A stretch of 64,000 nucleotides of DNA from Burkholderiales bacterium. GTDB lineage: Bacteria > Pseudomonadota > Gammaproteobacteria > Burkholderiales > UBA11063. Position numbers and translations under genes: made by a program. The DNA is taken from positions 15,826-79,825 of the forward strand of contig JAGOUD010000001.1 of assembly GCA_018061465.1 (NCBI GenBank), given 5' to 3'. This document shows positions 49,483 to 59,946 of the stretch, in pieces (the stretch's first letter is position 1; each line of letters opens with the position of its first letter). The notes under the pieces are model-generated. The model was not told where the DNA came from. It was given only the letters and a program-made list of their open reading frames with translations, and searched no databases.

Positions 49483-49533
49483 TCAGTAACTTGGTATAAA
49501 TTTAGGAAATTATATAAGGATAGGCCTATTTTT

Positions 49534-51603
49534 ATGAATGATTTAAGTAAATATGATCCGAATAAGTACTTGCCAGTAACTTCTGAATACCAAAAGCATT
49601 TACCAGTAGATAATCGCGTAATTGATTTGCCGTTATTTATGGTATCAGGTGATTCTTTGCAGCAACGTAAGTATGTAATAGATGAATCTACGCATAAGGT
49701 TGTTGAGGTAAGTAATCCGCGTGGAGTAATACCTAGAAATTTTGATCAAAAAGTTTATTTTGCTTTAGTTCAAGTTTCAATTGATTTTAAAAATAAAATT
49801 TATAACACTCTTTTTAAAAAAATTCATGAATTAATGTTTAATAAGGTGGGCGATTATTTAAAATATTTTAACGAAGCTGAAAATATTGCATTAGTTCATA
49901 AACGTGGAGGTGTTAAAACTTTATTTGAAAAAATAGAGTTCATTAAGTTTACCCTTGAAAATTTGGATAATAATATTACTATAGCGTATCATTTATCCAA
50001 TTATAACTTAGATGTATTAAGACAATTTTCATTGTTGAAGGAAAATGTGGAATATGTGGAAATAATAAATAAGATCATTTCCAATAAATTAATTAAAGGA
50101 GATCTTGAGGCATTAACAAAATTGTTTAATTGCTCAAGTTTTGTTATAGTTGCTAAAGTTAATAGAATAGGTGAGCTAGTAAATCAGTTAATCAGTGGAA
50201 AAATTGAAAAACGTGAAATAAATGAACTACTAAATGATTATGACTTTTTACACTCAGCTGAAATTATCCCTACTGAGATTTATTTTACATATTATGAAAT
50301 TACTAAATATTTGGGGCAGCGAGGATCTGCTCATTTGAATAATTTAATTTATGAATCATTGTTAAGAATGCGTGACACCAAATATCTTTTATGGAATTGT
50401 GCATATAACGCTACACAAGGCAAGTTAGTAGATATGTTAGATTGTTCCTTTATAAATTCTATTGAAGTTACCCAAAAAGAAAATTTAGAAGAATTCAAAA
50501 AATATATGGAGTTTACAGGGTTAACTAAATCCAATGCAATTGTAAAAGTTAGATTAGAACCTTTTTTTATTAACAATTTAGTTGAGCAGAAAGGTCATAT
50601 ATTATTTCAGCTAAATACATTAATGCGTATAGATAATCCCACAGCTAGGAAGTTATATATGTACGCAGATAAAAATCGATGGTGGATGGGTAATAGAGAT
50701 TTTAAAACTGATAAGAAAATTAGGTTAAAGTTAGAAGAATTGGCAGCTAGAGGGATTGTTAATATAAATAATAATTCTGCAATTCCAACTACAATTAAAG
50801 TCATATTACGGGCTTTAGATTACTTAAAAGACAATAATTTAATTTTGGAATACGAATTTTTTAAAGAAAAACCTCAAATTCGTAGCTATTTTGATATAGT
50901 TTTTGCAGAGAGCCGAGATATTAATCCAATAAATTATCAAGATAACTTTGGCTCTCCTATAATAAAACAAAAAACTTTCAAAAAAACTAGTCCACTTAAA
51001 AACCTTCCAGATTTATTTAATGATGATTCAGTGAAATTAAAAGAAGAATTAAAAATAATACTGCAAGATTTTGATATTACTTTAACTTCAGATACTATTA
51101 AATTATTAAATGAGACATTTGAAAATAAAGGTATAGATTATATAAAATATGCCAGCGAATATACTAAAAATATGAAACCAGAAGATAATGTAGGATATTT
51201 TATAGCCACATTAAAGAAAAATCATCATGAAAAATTTATGTTTAAATCACAGCAGAAAAACAAAATTATTGAAAAAGAAAATAGAAAAAAGGAAGAAGAA
51301 AAATTCAAAAAAAAATTATTAGAACAACAAGAAACCGCTAAACGTAGCTACATAGAAAGTGAATATTATAAATTGAGAGACTCAGAGAAAAACAAATATT
51401 TAGAGTATTCACAACTAATTATAAAAAAATATTCTTCTAAACTGTTAAATATGAGTGGACAGCCGGATATTAAAAACCTTGAAGAACAGCTTCTTTTAAG
51501 TATATATGCTAAATCAACTGGAGCTTCATATAACTATGCATTGGAAATTTATATTGAAAAATCTTTGGGTATTAAGTTGAACATATACCATTCCAGCAAA
51601 TAA
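49534..51603 (+). CDS. Plasmid replication initiator protein
   Basis: VIDLPLFMV...GVIPRNFDQKVYFAL, IYFTYYEITKYLG, IDNPTARKLYMYAD patterns of winged-helix Rep initiators; directly downstream of iterons. Confidence 0.75.
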   Translation: MNDLSKYDPNKYLPVTSEYQKHLPVDNRVIDLPLFMVSGDSLQQRKYVIDESTHKVVEVSNPRGVIPRNFDQKVYFALVQVSIDFKNKIYNTLFKKIHELMFNKVGDYLKYFNEAENIALVHKRGGVKTLFEKIEFIKFTLENLDNNITIAYHLSNYNLDVLRQFSLLKENVEYVEIINKIISNKLIKGDLEALTKLFNCSSFVIVAKVNRIGELVNQLISGKIEKREINELLNDYDFLHSAEIIPTEIYFTYYEITKYLGQRGSAHLNNLIYESLLRMRDTKYLLWNCAYNATQGKLVDMLDCSFINSIEVTQKENLEEFKKYMEFTGLTKSNAIVKVRLEPFFINNLVEQKGHILFQLNTLMRIDNPTARKLYMYADKNRWWMGNRDFKTDKKIRLKLEELAARGIVNINNNSAIPTTIKVILRALDYLKDNNLILEYEFFKEKPQIRSYFDIVFAESRDINPINYQDNFGSPIIKQKTFKKTSPLKNLPDLFNDDSVKLKEELKIILQDFDITLTSDTIKLLNETFENKGIDYIKYASEYTKNMKPEDNVGYFIATLKKNHHEKFMFKSQQKNKIIEKENRKKEEEKFKKKLLEQQETAKRSYIESEYYKLRDSEKNKYLEYSQLIIKKYSSKLLNMSGQPDIKNLEEQLLLSIYAKSTGASYNYALEIYIEKSLGIKLNIYHSSK

Positions 51604-51770
51604 ATCCTAGAATTAATTATTAATCTTGATCTAAAAATAATATGGAAGTTAGGCATTTTAATCGGCCCTGCTTGTTATTATTTTAAATTATCTAAAATTT
51701 TCATCATTGCTATTTCTTATTTATTAAATTTTAAAGACTATTTTTTAAAAAAATAATCTCTACATAAGTG

Positions 51771-51823
51771 CAAAATCCCTTAAATGACATAATAAATACC
51801 ATGTTATTTTATACTAAAATTCG
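51771..51823 (+). promoter_or_regulatory. Conserved promoter/activator element upstream of the trb operon
   Basis: Identical 24-bp and 13-bp blocks with the same 40-bp offset as 16325-16377; TATACT -10-like hexamer at 51810-51815. Confidence 0.75.
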
Positions 51824-51896
51824 CCTTAAGCAAATAAACAACCATATATGTTAATTTAAAGTACCATCTCATCAACTTTATTAAAAAGGCGTCAGA

Positions 51897-52190
51897 ATGT
51901 TTAAAAGAATAAAACGTTTCCTATTCATTATACCAAAATATGCCATAGCTGGTTCTGCTTCAGGAGGAGGGATTGCACAAGTAGCTAGTGTAGCAACTCT
52001 GCTACAAGATACTATAACAGGCCCTATTGGAATGACTTGTTCAATTGTAGCTATTGTGGGTGCTGGGATTGCTTGGGCAATGGCTGATCATGGTACGGGT
52101 GCTAGAAAATTTTCAGCTGTAGCCATGGGGGTGGTCATTGTTGTTAATGCGGTTGGATGGTTTACTACTATATTTGGTGCAAATGTTTAA
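51897..52190 (+). CDS. trbC: TrbC/VirB2 pilin
   Basis: YAIA|GSASGGG, LLQDTITGPIG...SIVAIVGAGI, two hydrophobic helices. Confidence 0.85.
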   Translation: MFKRIKRFLFIIPKYAIAGSASGGGIAQVASVATLLQDTITGPIGMTCSIVAIVGAGIAWAMADHGTGARKFSAVAMGVVIVVNAVGWFTTIFGANV

Positions 52191-52205
52191 TAAGGTAGTT
52201 GAAGT

Positions 52206-52622
52206 ATGTCTTTAATAACGCATCCCATAAACCCTGCATTGTGGAAACCGCACAATTTAATTCAAGGCGCAGATAGGCTCTTATTTATAGTAGTTGTTAT
52301 TGTTACGTTAACTATCGTATTTGTGCTTAGAAATTGGATGGCATATATATTAGGGCCTATCATGTTTTATACTATTTTAAAGATATTGCAAAAGCTTGCT
52401 GTTAAAGATCCATTATATTTAAAAACAGCATTTAGGCATATGATGCAAAATAAATATTATTCATCTGGAGGTTTTTATCCCGGATGTGCAACAGTTGTAC
52501 AGTATTACTTTGATCCTAAACTGGGCGCACGTACTGCTGGATTTTCTCTATTTTGGTCAATTTTTTATCTAATATTTCGTAATTCTGATAAATCACCAAC
52601 TTCAAAGGAATTTTCCAAATAA
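52206..52622 (+). CDS. trbD: TrbD/VirB3
   Basis: NLIQGADR, two transmembrane helices, LQKLAVKDPLY..TAFRH. Confidence 0.85.
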   Translation: MSLITHPINPALWKPHNLIQGADRLLFIVVVIVTLTIVFVLRNWMAYILGPIMFYTILKILQKLAVKDPLYLKTAFRHMMQNKYYSSGGFYPGCATVVQYYFDPKLGARTAGFSLFWSIFYLIFRNSDKSPTSKEFSK

Positions 52623-55141
52623 TGCTTAGATTAACTCCATTTCGCAAACAACTTAAAAGCTTAGGGGATTTATTACCTTATGCGTTTGTGGTGGATGAGG
52701 GCATTATAGTTAATAAAAGTGGATCATTAACTGCATCATTTGAATACCGTGGGCAAGATTTAGATTTAGCAGATTCGGAAGAATTGAATCAAGTGCAGCT
52801 AATATTAGCTAATACTCTGGTGAAGTATGGCTCTGGTTGGGAATTCAGGGTAGATTGTATTAGTTATGAAACTGATGGTTATATTGATGCATTAGATAGC
52901 TTTTTCCCAGACGCAACTTCTTTCATGATTGATGAAGAGCGCCGCTTACGATATAACCAGCAAAATTTGCATTATGAGAAAGCTTACTTTATAACTTTAA
53001 CGTTTATGCCACCGACTGATGCTGACATAAAACTTGGAGCATTTTTTACAGATAAGAAAGGTAATTCATCTATTTATAGTGCGCATTTGAAACGATTTAA
53101 AAAAGATATAAATGATTTTGTAGATAATTTAGAAACAATATTACGAATTAGACAACTGAGTTCTCAAGAACAAATATCTTTTATTATTAGTTGCATGCTA
53201 GGTACGCATGATTATGTAGAATTTCCTGATACAAAAGTATATTTAGATTATATATTAGGTCGAATGGCAGATTTAGTAACCGGTAAGTTACCTAAAATTG
53301 GAGACAGATATTTCAAAGTGGTTTCTATTGTTGAATATCCAGGCTATAGCTATCCTGGAATTTTAGATTGTTTAAACAAATTACGGATTGCTTATAGATG
53401 GAATACCAGATTTATTAGACTAGACACAAGAGATGCAGATTATCTTCTTAAAAAAATTCGGAAGGTTTGGGCCCAGAAAAGAAGGTCTTTATTAGGGTTT
53501 CTACGCGAAGCTTCTGGTAAAGAAGAAGGGGTCGGCTGGCAAAATGATGATGTAATGGTGTTAGCTAGTATGGCTAATGAAGCTGTGATGGTTAATAATT
53601 TAAATACAGAAAGCTATGGATTTTATACATCCACTGTAGTACTATTTAATGAAGATATAAACCAACTTAATAATGATGTCCGATTAGTTAGAAAAGCTAT
53701 TGAGAATATAGGTTTTAAAACTATGCTGGAAGATATAAATGCGGTTGAAGCTTATTTGGGATCCTTACCTGCTATAGATTATGCAAATGTAAGATTGCCA
53801 ATTTTAAGTGTAAATAATATAGCTGATTTAATTCCCACGACCTCAATATGGTCTGGATTAGAACGTAATCCTAGTCAACTTTTTGTAGATTTAAAAATTA
53901 ATAATCCCCCCTTAATGTATACAGTTACAGATGGAGCTACTCCATTTAGAGTATCGCTCCATATTAATGATGTGGGACACACGATTGTGCTTGGGCCATC
54001 AGGAGCCGGTAAGTCAACTTTATTGAATTTAATTGCAGCACAACACTTACGCTATAAGAATGCCAAAGTTTTCTACTTTGATATGGATTATAGCTCTCAA
54101 GCATTATGTTATGGCGTAGGTGGCAACCATTATGACATTGGCAACTTTGAAGCAAAAATTTCATTCCAACCGTTGCGAAATGTGGATACCACTGAAGAAC
54201 GGGATATAGCATATGCTTTTATTAAAGTTCTGTGCGAATTAAAATTACCTAGACTTGATGAAAAACGAGAAAGTAAATTAACTCCAGAGCAAACGAGCAT
54301 ATTAATTGATACGATTAAATTATTTTCTAAATATGGTAAAGAGGAACGCACATTATGGGAATTTTATAATCAGATAAATGCAAAAGATCAATATCTTGCT
54401 GAGGCTATAAAATATTTTACACATGAAGGGCCATTTCAAAATTTATTCGAAAGCAATAATGAAGAATATGATATGGTAAACGTTCCTATCTGTACTTATG
54501 AATTAAAAGCGTTGTACTTAAAATACGGTAATGAGGCGCTTATCCCTTTACTCGTATACTTGTTTACTAACCTTAAATTCAAACTATTCCCGTTGCGTTA
54601 TCCATTACTATTCATTTTTGATGAAGCTTGGGCAGCGTTAAATAATGGGGTGTTTAAAGGTTATTTGAATGACTTAATTCGTACAGAACGTAAAAATAAC
54701 GTAATTGTAGTATTAGCATCTCATCAAATTAATGATATTCCGAAGGATATCTATGGCCAATGTCCAACAAGAATATTTTTACCTAATCCTGCTGCCTGTG
54801 AGCTTGAAAGTGATTATAGATCATTAGGGTTAAATTTAAGGCAAATTCAAGTTTTATCCTCTGCTAAACCACGTAAGCAATATTATTATACAAGCCCTTA
54901 TGGGAGGAGAGTGTTTGAACTAGATATATGTGAATTAACTAAGTGTTTTGTAGGAGTTAACGACCCAGTAAATGCTCGTAAACTTTACCATAAACATAAC
55001 AAAGAATTTAGTTATTATTGGATTAGAGAACTTGCTCAGAAATATAATAGTTCAACTTTATTGGAATGGGCTGACTATTGGCTAAAGATAAATAAAAAAA
55101 TGAACAGTAGCCTTAAGGAATTTAATAATGGCGAATATTAA
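52622..55141 (+). CDS. trbE: TrbE/VirB4 ATPase
   Basis: LGDLLPYA..VDEGIIVNKSGSL, Walker A GPSGAGKS, Walker B FIFDEAW, RKNNVIVVLASH, RIFLPNP. Confidence 0.95.
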   Translation: MLRLTPFRKQLKSLGDLLPYAFVVDEGIIVNKSGSLTASFEYRGQDLDLADSEELNQVQLILANTLVKYGSGWEFRVDCISYETDGYIDALDSFFPDATSFMIDEERRLRYNQQNLHYEKAYFITLTFMPPTDADIKLGAFFTDKKGNSSIYSAHLKRFKKDINDFVDNLETILRIRQLSSQEQISFIISCMLGTHDYVEFPDTKVYLDYILGRMADLVTGKLPKIGDRYFKVVSIVEYPGYSYPGILDCLNKLRIAYRWNTRFIRLDTRDADYLLKKIRKVWAQKRRSLLGFLREASGKEEGVGWQNDDVMVLASMANEAVMVNNLNTESYGFYTSTVVLFNEDINQLNNDVRLVRKAIENIGFKTMLEDINAVEAYLGSLPAIDYANVRLPILSVNNIADLIPTTSIWSGLERNPSQLFVDLKINNPPLMYTVTDGATPFRVSLHINDVGHTIVLGPSGAGKSTLLNLIAAQHLRYKNAKVFYFDMDYSSQALCYGVGGNHYDIGNFEAKISFQPLRNVDTTEERDIAYAFIKVLCELKLPRLDEKRESKLTPEQTSILIDTIKLFSKYGKEERTLWEFYNQINAKDQYLAEAIKYFTHEGPFQNLFESNNEEYDMVNVPICTYELKALYLKYGNEALIPLLVYLFTNLKFKLFPLRYPLLFIFDEAWAALNNGVFKGYLNDLIRTERKNNVIVVLASHQINDIPKDIYGQCPTRIFLPNPAACELESDYRSLGLNLRQIQVLSSAKPRKQYYYTSPYGRRVFELDICELTKCFVGVNDPVNARKLYHKHNKEFSYYWIRELAQKYNSSTLLEWADYWLKINKKMNSSLKEFNNGEY

Positions 55142-55934
55142 AAAGAAAAACTTAACTAAAATTAGCCACTCTGCTTTGTATGACAAATTAATTATTGAGG
55201 GCATAGTCGAGAAAAATGGAGATGAATTATTTCTGACTTCACAAGGGAATATTATATTAGGAAGTGAATCAGCTAATAAAGATGGGAAAGGTGTAAAAAA
55301 TCCTTACTTAAGTGCAACCAGGGAATGGGATTTACGCTATGGCAGTACAATTGATCAAAATCATCGTTTGTGGATTGGTATTTTTTTCTCATGGGCTATA
55401 ACATTATTATCATTATGCGGAATGTATAGTATAGCCCATCAAAAACAGGTAGATGCTATATTTTTTGCAGTAGATAAGATTGGGCGCATTATTGCTACTG
55501 GTAACCCGAGTAATAAATTAAAGATAAGCCAAGATATGATGCAGCAACAGATGCAAGACTATATTATAGCTTTGCGTTCATTTTCATCTGACCCGGAGGT
55601 TAATAAGAGAAGTTACGATAAGCTTAAAGCTATGACAGCTCAAAATATGGCAACTGAGGTGGACAATATTGTTAGGGAAAACGCTGCAAATCCTAACCTT
55701 GCAACAATAGTGGTAGACATTACCTCCTTTAATCCGTTACCTAATAGTAGCTCTTATCAAATTGAATGGACAGAAAATAGGAAAGCCATTGATGGAACAG
55801 TTAATAGCATGTACTATCGCGCTACACTTACACTATCCACATTCATTCCTAGTGATCCTAATATATATTATGTGAATCCATTAGGTATCTTAATAACACA
55901 ATTTGACATATTTAAATTAAAAGCTGGGGCATAA
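55128..55934 (+). CDS. trbF: TrbF (VirB8-like)
   Basis: KNPYLSATREWDLRYGS, single transmembrane helix, SYQIEWTE, NPLGILITQF. Confidence 0.9.
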   Translation: MANIKKKNLTKISHSALYDKLIIEGIVEKNGDELFLTSQGNIILGSESANKDGKGVKNPYLSATREWDLRYGSTIDQNHRLWIGIFFSWAITLLSLCGMYSIAHQKQVDAIFFAVDKIGRIIATGNPSNKLKISQDMMQQQMQDYIIALRSFSSDPEVNKRSYDKLKAMTAQNMATEVDNIVRENAANPNLATIVVDITSFNPLPNSSSYQIEWTENRKAIDGTVNSMYYRATLTLSTFIPSDPNIYYVNPLGILITQFDIFKLKAGA

Positions 55935-55935
55935 T

Positions 55936-57330
55936 ATGTTAAAAAGGTTGGTGTTATTATTCCTTACAATAAAATTGAGCATTTGTATAGCAAGTTCAAA
56001 TTCAGCATCTGCCCCTAATATGTCTATTACTAGTTCGAATGATGTATCACATGACCAAGCATTACAGAAAGCACTTATCAATATGCAAGATTCATCGTTA
56101 TTCCCAAATTCATCACAATCTAAGAGCATAACTTCTCAAACTAATCTTTCTAAAAGAAAAAAAAGTATCCCCAAAAAGATAAAAATAACGGCTAAAATGA
56201 ACGAGTTTTCTTCAATGCGTTTTGATTTTTTTTATAATGGCGATGTAAATTACTTAATAGATGAATTAAAAAAATATAACCCATCAATGCATGAACTATC
56301 TTCTTTAGGTAAGAAAGAACATCTAAAATTCAATATTGATGTATCCAATACTAATATATCTGAAATCGCTTCTTCTCTAAATACTCAAACTGATGGAAAG
56401 GTTAATTTAATATATGAGCCAATAGCCAATAATGCAAGGTTAATCTTTGCAAACAAACTTACTAAAAATGATTTTGCAACAGATGTAATCGAAGAAGCTA
56501 AAAAACTCAATAATATTACTAAATTAAAGTTAGTTCCTGGATTAGACGGGGTTATAACAATGCCCTTTGGAGGTCCATATCCTTTAATTTGTAAGCCTCT
56601 TAGAATGTGTGATATACGTTTAGAGCAAGGTGAAATTATAAGAGGCTGGACTCTTTCTGATAAAGAAAATTGGATAGTTCCCGGTACTACTTCCCCGCAG
56701 TTTCTTTATTCGGGTACAGATGGTAATACAACGCCTCATGTAATTCTAAAGCCGGTTGATGCTGGTTTAGATTCTAACCTTATTATTACTACTAATAAGA
56801 GAACTTATAATATTCCTTTGCAGTCATCTAAAGACAACTATGTGACTGCAATTGCGTTTTATTATCCTGAGGAGCTAAATCAAGCTAGGATAGATCAACA
56901 AAATGAGGCTCTTAAACGTGAGCAAAATCGTATCTCAATACCATTAAGTCAAGAGGCACTTGTAGCTTCAGAAGAAAACGCTACACCTCAGCCTATGGTG
57001 GCTGTCAATTCATTAAATTTTAATTATCAAATATCGGGTGATGATGTGGATTGGAAGCCTGTACAAGCTTTCGACGATGGCATACACGTTTGGTTAAAAT
57101 TTGCTCAAACTCGTCAAATTTACCCTCCCTTATTTGAAATTGATGCTGATGGCGTAGAGAAATCATTGCTTATATACCAGCCAATGCCAGGAGGGTACTA
57201 TAGAGTAGATTCATTATTTAATAAGGCAGCATTAATCATTGGGGATGGGACTGATTATGAAAAAAAAGTACTTATAGCTAAAGTTTCGCCAGAAAAGCCT
57301 TGGTATAAGCGTCTATTTGGAGGTGATTGA
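55936..57330 (+). CDS. trbG: TrbG/VirB9 core-complex protein with N-terminal DotD/TraH-like (N0) domain
   Basis: CKPLRMCDIRLEQGE, HVILKP, SNLIITTNKRTYNI, WKPVQAFDDG, YYRVDSLF; extra ~80-aa domain at 56215-56448. Confidence 0.9.
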   Translation: MLKRLVLLFLTIKLSICIASSNSASAPNMSITSSNDVSHDQALQKALINMQDSSLFPNSSQSKSITSQTNLSKRKKSIPKKIKITAKMNEFSSMRFDFFYNGDVNYLIDELKKYNPSMHELSSLGKKEHLKFNIDVSNTNISEIASSLNTQTDGKVNLIYEPIANNARLIFANKLTKNDFATDVIEEAKKLNNITKLKLVPGLDGVITMPFGGPYPLICKPLRMCDIRLEQGEIIRGWTLSDKENWIVPGTTSPQFLYSGTDGNTTPHVILKPVDAGLDSNLIITTNKRTYNIPLQSSKDNYVTAIAFYYPEELNQARIDQQNEALKREQNRISIPLSQEALVASEENATPQPMVAVNSLNFNYQISGDDVDWKPVQAFDDGIHVWLKFAQTRQIYPPLFEIDADGVEKSLLIYQPMPGGYYRVDSLFNKAALIIGDGTDYEKKVLIAKVSPEKPWYKRLFGGD

Positions 57331-58763
57331 TGAGTATTAAGGAAAAAGCCTTAGATTTAGTAAGAGTTCCTGAAACTAATCAGCTATCTAAATTTAAGAT
57401 TGGGTTAGCTGTTAGTATAGTTGTAGTTATTCCGGCAATATTATTTACTATTGTAATGCAATCTAACAAAAACCAATACTTTGAAGAACAACAAATTAAA
57501 TTGCAGCAAAAAAGGTCTCAAGCTAGCGATATTCCGATGGCTGTGAGTGGTAAGGGTGAAGATACTAGACAATTTTTAGAGCAGCAAACGAAGCTCAAAA
57601 ATCAAATAGTGCATGATAGTGTATCTGCTAATAATCAAATAGGTGATCCATTGCCCGAAAGAGGAACAAATATTCCACCAATTGTAAATACAAATAAGAT
57701 ACCAGTTAACACTAGTCCAACCAGTGCTAAATCACAAGAAATCTCTCTACAACCACAGGCTCAAGATGCAATTACACAAGAATATCAGAATGAAAGATTA
57801 GATAAGATTAAACGTAAATATGCTTCTTATAAGGCGGATACATTATTAGGTCCACAACCCCATAATGCCAATGCTTCCCAGCCTGCTCATGAAAATATTT
57901 CTAGTGATAATAATACTGTAACTCAACCTACTATAGCTACGCGTGATTCACAACCAAGCGATGGCTATGTATCGCCTGCTAACTCTCAACCTAACTCTAC
58001 GCCGACTAATGTAGATAACGTTAACAATGTTACCCATAATATGCAAACTGAAAAGAATAATTTTATGCTTGCTAAAGGAAAAGAGATGTTTAGCGAAGAT
58101 TATATAAATTCATCAGTAAAAGATCCTATTTCAAAATATGAGATTAAAGCAGGCACTCCTATACCTGGGTTTATGATTACCCCGATTAATTCTGATTTAC
58201 CAGGAGTAGTTACTGCTCAAGTTGCACGTAATATTTATGATACTAAAACGGGCAACTATTTATTAATTCCTGGTGGTTCTAGGCTAATTGGGGTTTATGA
58301 CAGTAACATTGCTTATGGGCAAAGTAGAGTAATGGTGGCGTGGAACCGAGTAATATTTCCAAGTGGTGCATCATATCGTTTATATGGGATGCCCGGTACT
58401 GATGCAATGGGAATTAGTGGGTTAACTGGGGAAGTTAATAACCATTACGGACGAATTTATGGGTCAGCTATGGTTATGGGAGTTATTACAGCAGGCATGC
58501 AATATTCTCAAAATAATTCTAACTCAAATGTTCAAACAGGTACTACTTATCCTAATCCGACGGTTGGGCAGTCTTTAGCCGCTGGTCTAGGCCAGCAGTT
58601 GGGGCAAGCTGGGTTACAGGTTACTCAAAAAAATTTAAACGTTCAACCAACAATTGAGATTCCGGCAAGCCAACAAATTAATATCATGTTGACTTCCGAT
58701 GTGGTATTAAGACCGATAGATAAAAAGGCATATATGGGCAATAGTATAAATAGTTATGGGTAA
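57327..58763 (+). CDS. trbI: TrbI/VirB10
   Basis: YEIKAGTPIPG..ITPINSDLPG, LLIPGGSRLIG.YD, GMPGTDAMGISG, NVQPTIEI. Confidence 0.95.
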   Translation: MMSIKEKALDLVRVPETNQLSKFKIGLAVSIVVVIPAILFTIVMQSNKNQYFEEQQIKLQQKRSQASDIPMAVSGKGEDTRQFLEQQTKLKNQIVHDSVSANNQIGDPLPERGTNIPPIVNTNKIPVNTSPTSAKSQEISLQPQAQDAITQEYQNERLDKIKRKYASYKADTLLGPQPHNANASQPAHENISSDNNTVTQPTIATRDSQPSDGYVSPANSQPNSTPTNVDNVNNVTHNMQTEKNNFMLAKGKEMFSEDYINSSVKDPISKYEIKAGTPIPGFMITPINSDLPGVVTAQVARNIYDTKTGNYLLIPGGSRLIGVYDSNIAYGQSRVMVAWNRVIFPSGASYRLYGMPGTDAMGISGLTGEVNNHYGRIYGSAMVMGVITAGMQYSQNNSNSNVQTGTTYPNPTVGQSLAAGLGQQLGQAGLQVTQKNLNVQPTIEIPASQQINIMLTSDVVLRPIDKKAYMGNSINSYG

Positions 58764-58848
58764 ATCTTTTAAATTAAGATTAACCTAACTTATGATAAGA
58801 ATTTTAAATTGGAAATATTAAAAAGTACTTTTTTAAGGAGAGCAAATT

Positions 58849-59256
58849 ATGTTACAAAACTTTGAACCAAGCACTGCGGCATTGAATTGTAAGAGATTAA
58901 CTGACTATATTAATCATATGAAAGAGGCTCAACTATATATCCGACAATGCCTAAATGAACGAATTGGGATAGCACAAATACCGCAGTTTATGGATGCGGA
59001 TAAAGTTCGTCTAACGCCACGGGAATATGAAATATTATTTTTATTGTTTATAGGTAAAACAGATTATGAGGTAGCACAGTATTTGAGCAAAATCCATGAA
59101 GAAAGAGCAGGGCGTACTATGATAGGATTTAAGATGTCGCTATTTAATAAACTAAAAGTATATTCTAATGAGGAGCTAATTAATAAGGTGTTATCACTAG
59201 ATTTAATTAAAGATATACCAGAGAGTTTTATAAGAACTGAAAAAGTGATAAGTTAA
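58849..59256 (+). CDS. LuxR-type HTH regulator embedded in the trb operon
   Basis: LTPREYEILFLLFIGKTDYEVAQYL...SLFNKLKVYSNEELI. Confidence 0.85.
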   Translation: MLQNFEPSTAALNCKRLTDYINHMKEAQLYIRQCLNERIGIAQIPQFMDADKVRLTPREYEILFLLFIGKTDYEVAQYLSKIHEERAGRTMIGFKMSLFNKLKVYSNEELINKVLSLDLIKDIPESFIRTEKVIS

Positions 59257-59282
59257 GTGGGATAAAGGCAGTAGAGGTAAGA

Positions 59283-59933
59283 ATGAAATTAGTCAAGCTA
59301 TATAGCGTTGTGATAGGGGTGCTATGGGTAAACTTTGTACATGCTCAGGCTGTGGTTGTAACCAGTATTACTGACCCAAGTTACATTAATATGAGTGTGC
59401 AAGCAATGAAAACTGATGCACAACTTTTAGCGCAATTAAGTTCTAGTGTGCAAAATATACAATATAACTACCAAATGGCTAATGCTAATAATAATCTTAC
59501 TTCTAATTTTGCCGCATTTGCAGGCATTTTTAGCACTATTTCAAATTTTATGAAAAGCTATGTTTGTGAAGGTTGCTCACCTGGTTCATGGAATAGTCAA
59601 CAATATGATGAATTTGAGGGGGACTTTTGCCAGAATATTGCTCATATTTTAGGGACTGGCGCAGATGTTTTTAGTAATGTTGGGCAGCTAGCTCAAGATA
59701 TTAATCAAATTATGAACCTGAAGTTTTCTACTATGAATCCGGCGCAAATGGCCACCACTCAAGCGCAGCTATTAGGTTCGTTGGGTACTGGAGTACAACA
59801 AACTAATACAATATTAAATGCTTCGTTGCAAATGCAAACACAAGCTCTAGCTGATAATCAAATGAAGCGTCAGTCTAATAATATGCAAATGAAAAATAGT
59901 TTACAAAATATGTCACAACAAATTAAACCCTGA
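59283..59933 (+). CDS. trbJ: TrbJ (VirB5-like)
   Basis: AHA-like signal cleavage VHA|QAVVV..DP, Gln-rich helices, position before trbL. Confidence 0.6.
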   Translation: MKLVKLYSVVIGVLWVNFVHAQAVVVTSITDPSYINMSVQAMKTDAQLLAQLSSSVQNIQYNYQMANANNNLTSNFAAFAGIFSTISNFMKSYVCEGCSPGSWNSQQYDEFEGDFCQNIAHILGTGADVFSNVGQLAQDINQIMNLKFSTMNPAQMATTQAQLLGSLGTGVQQTNTILNASLQMQTQALADNQMKRQSNNMQMKNSLQNMSQQIKP

Positions 59934-59946
59934 GGAAAGTATAGAT

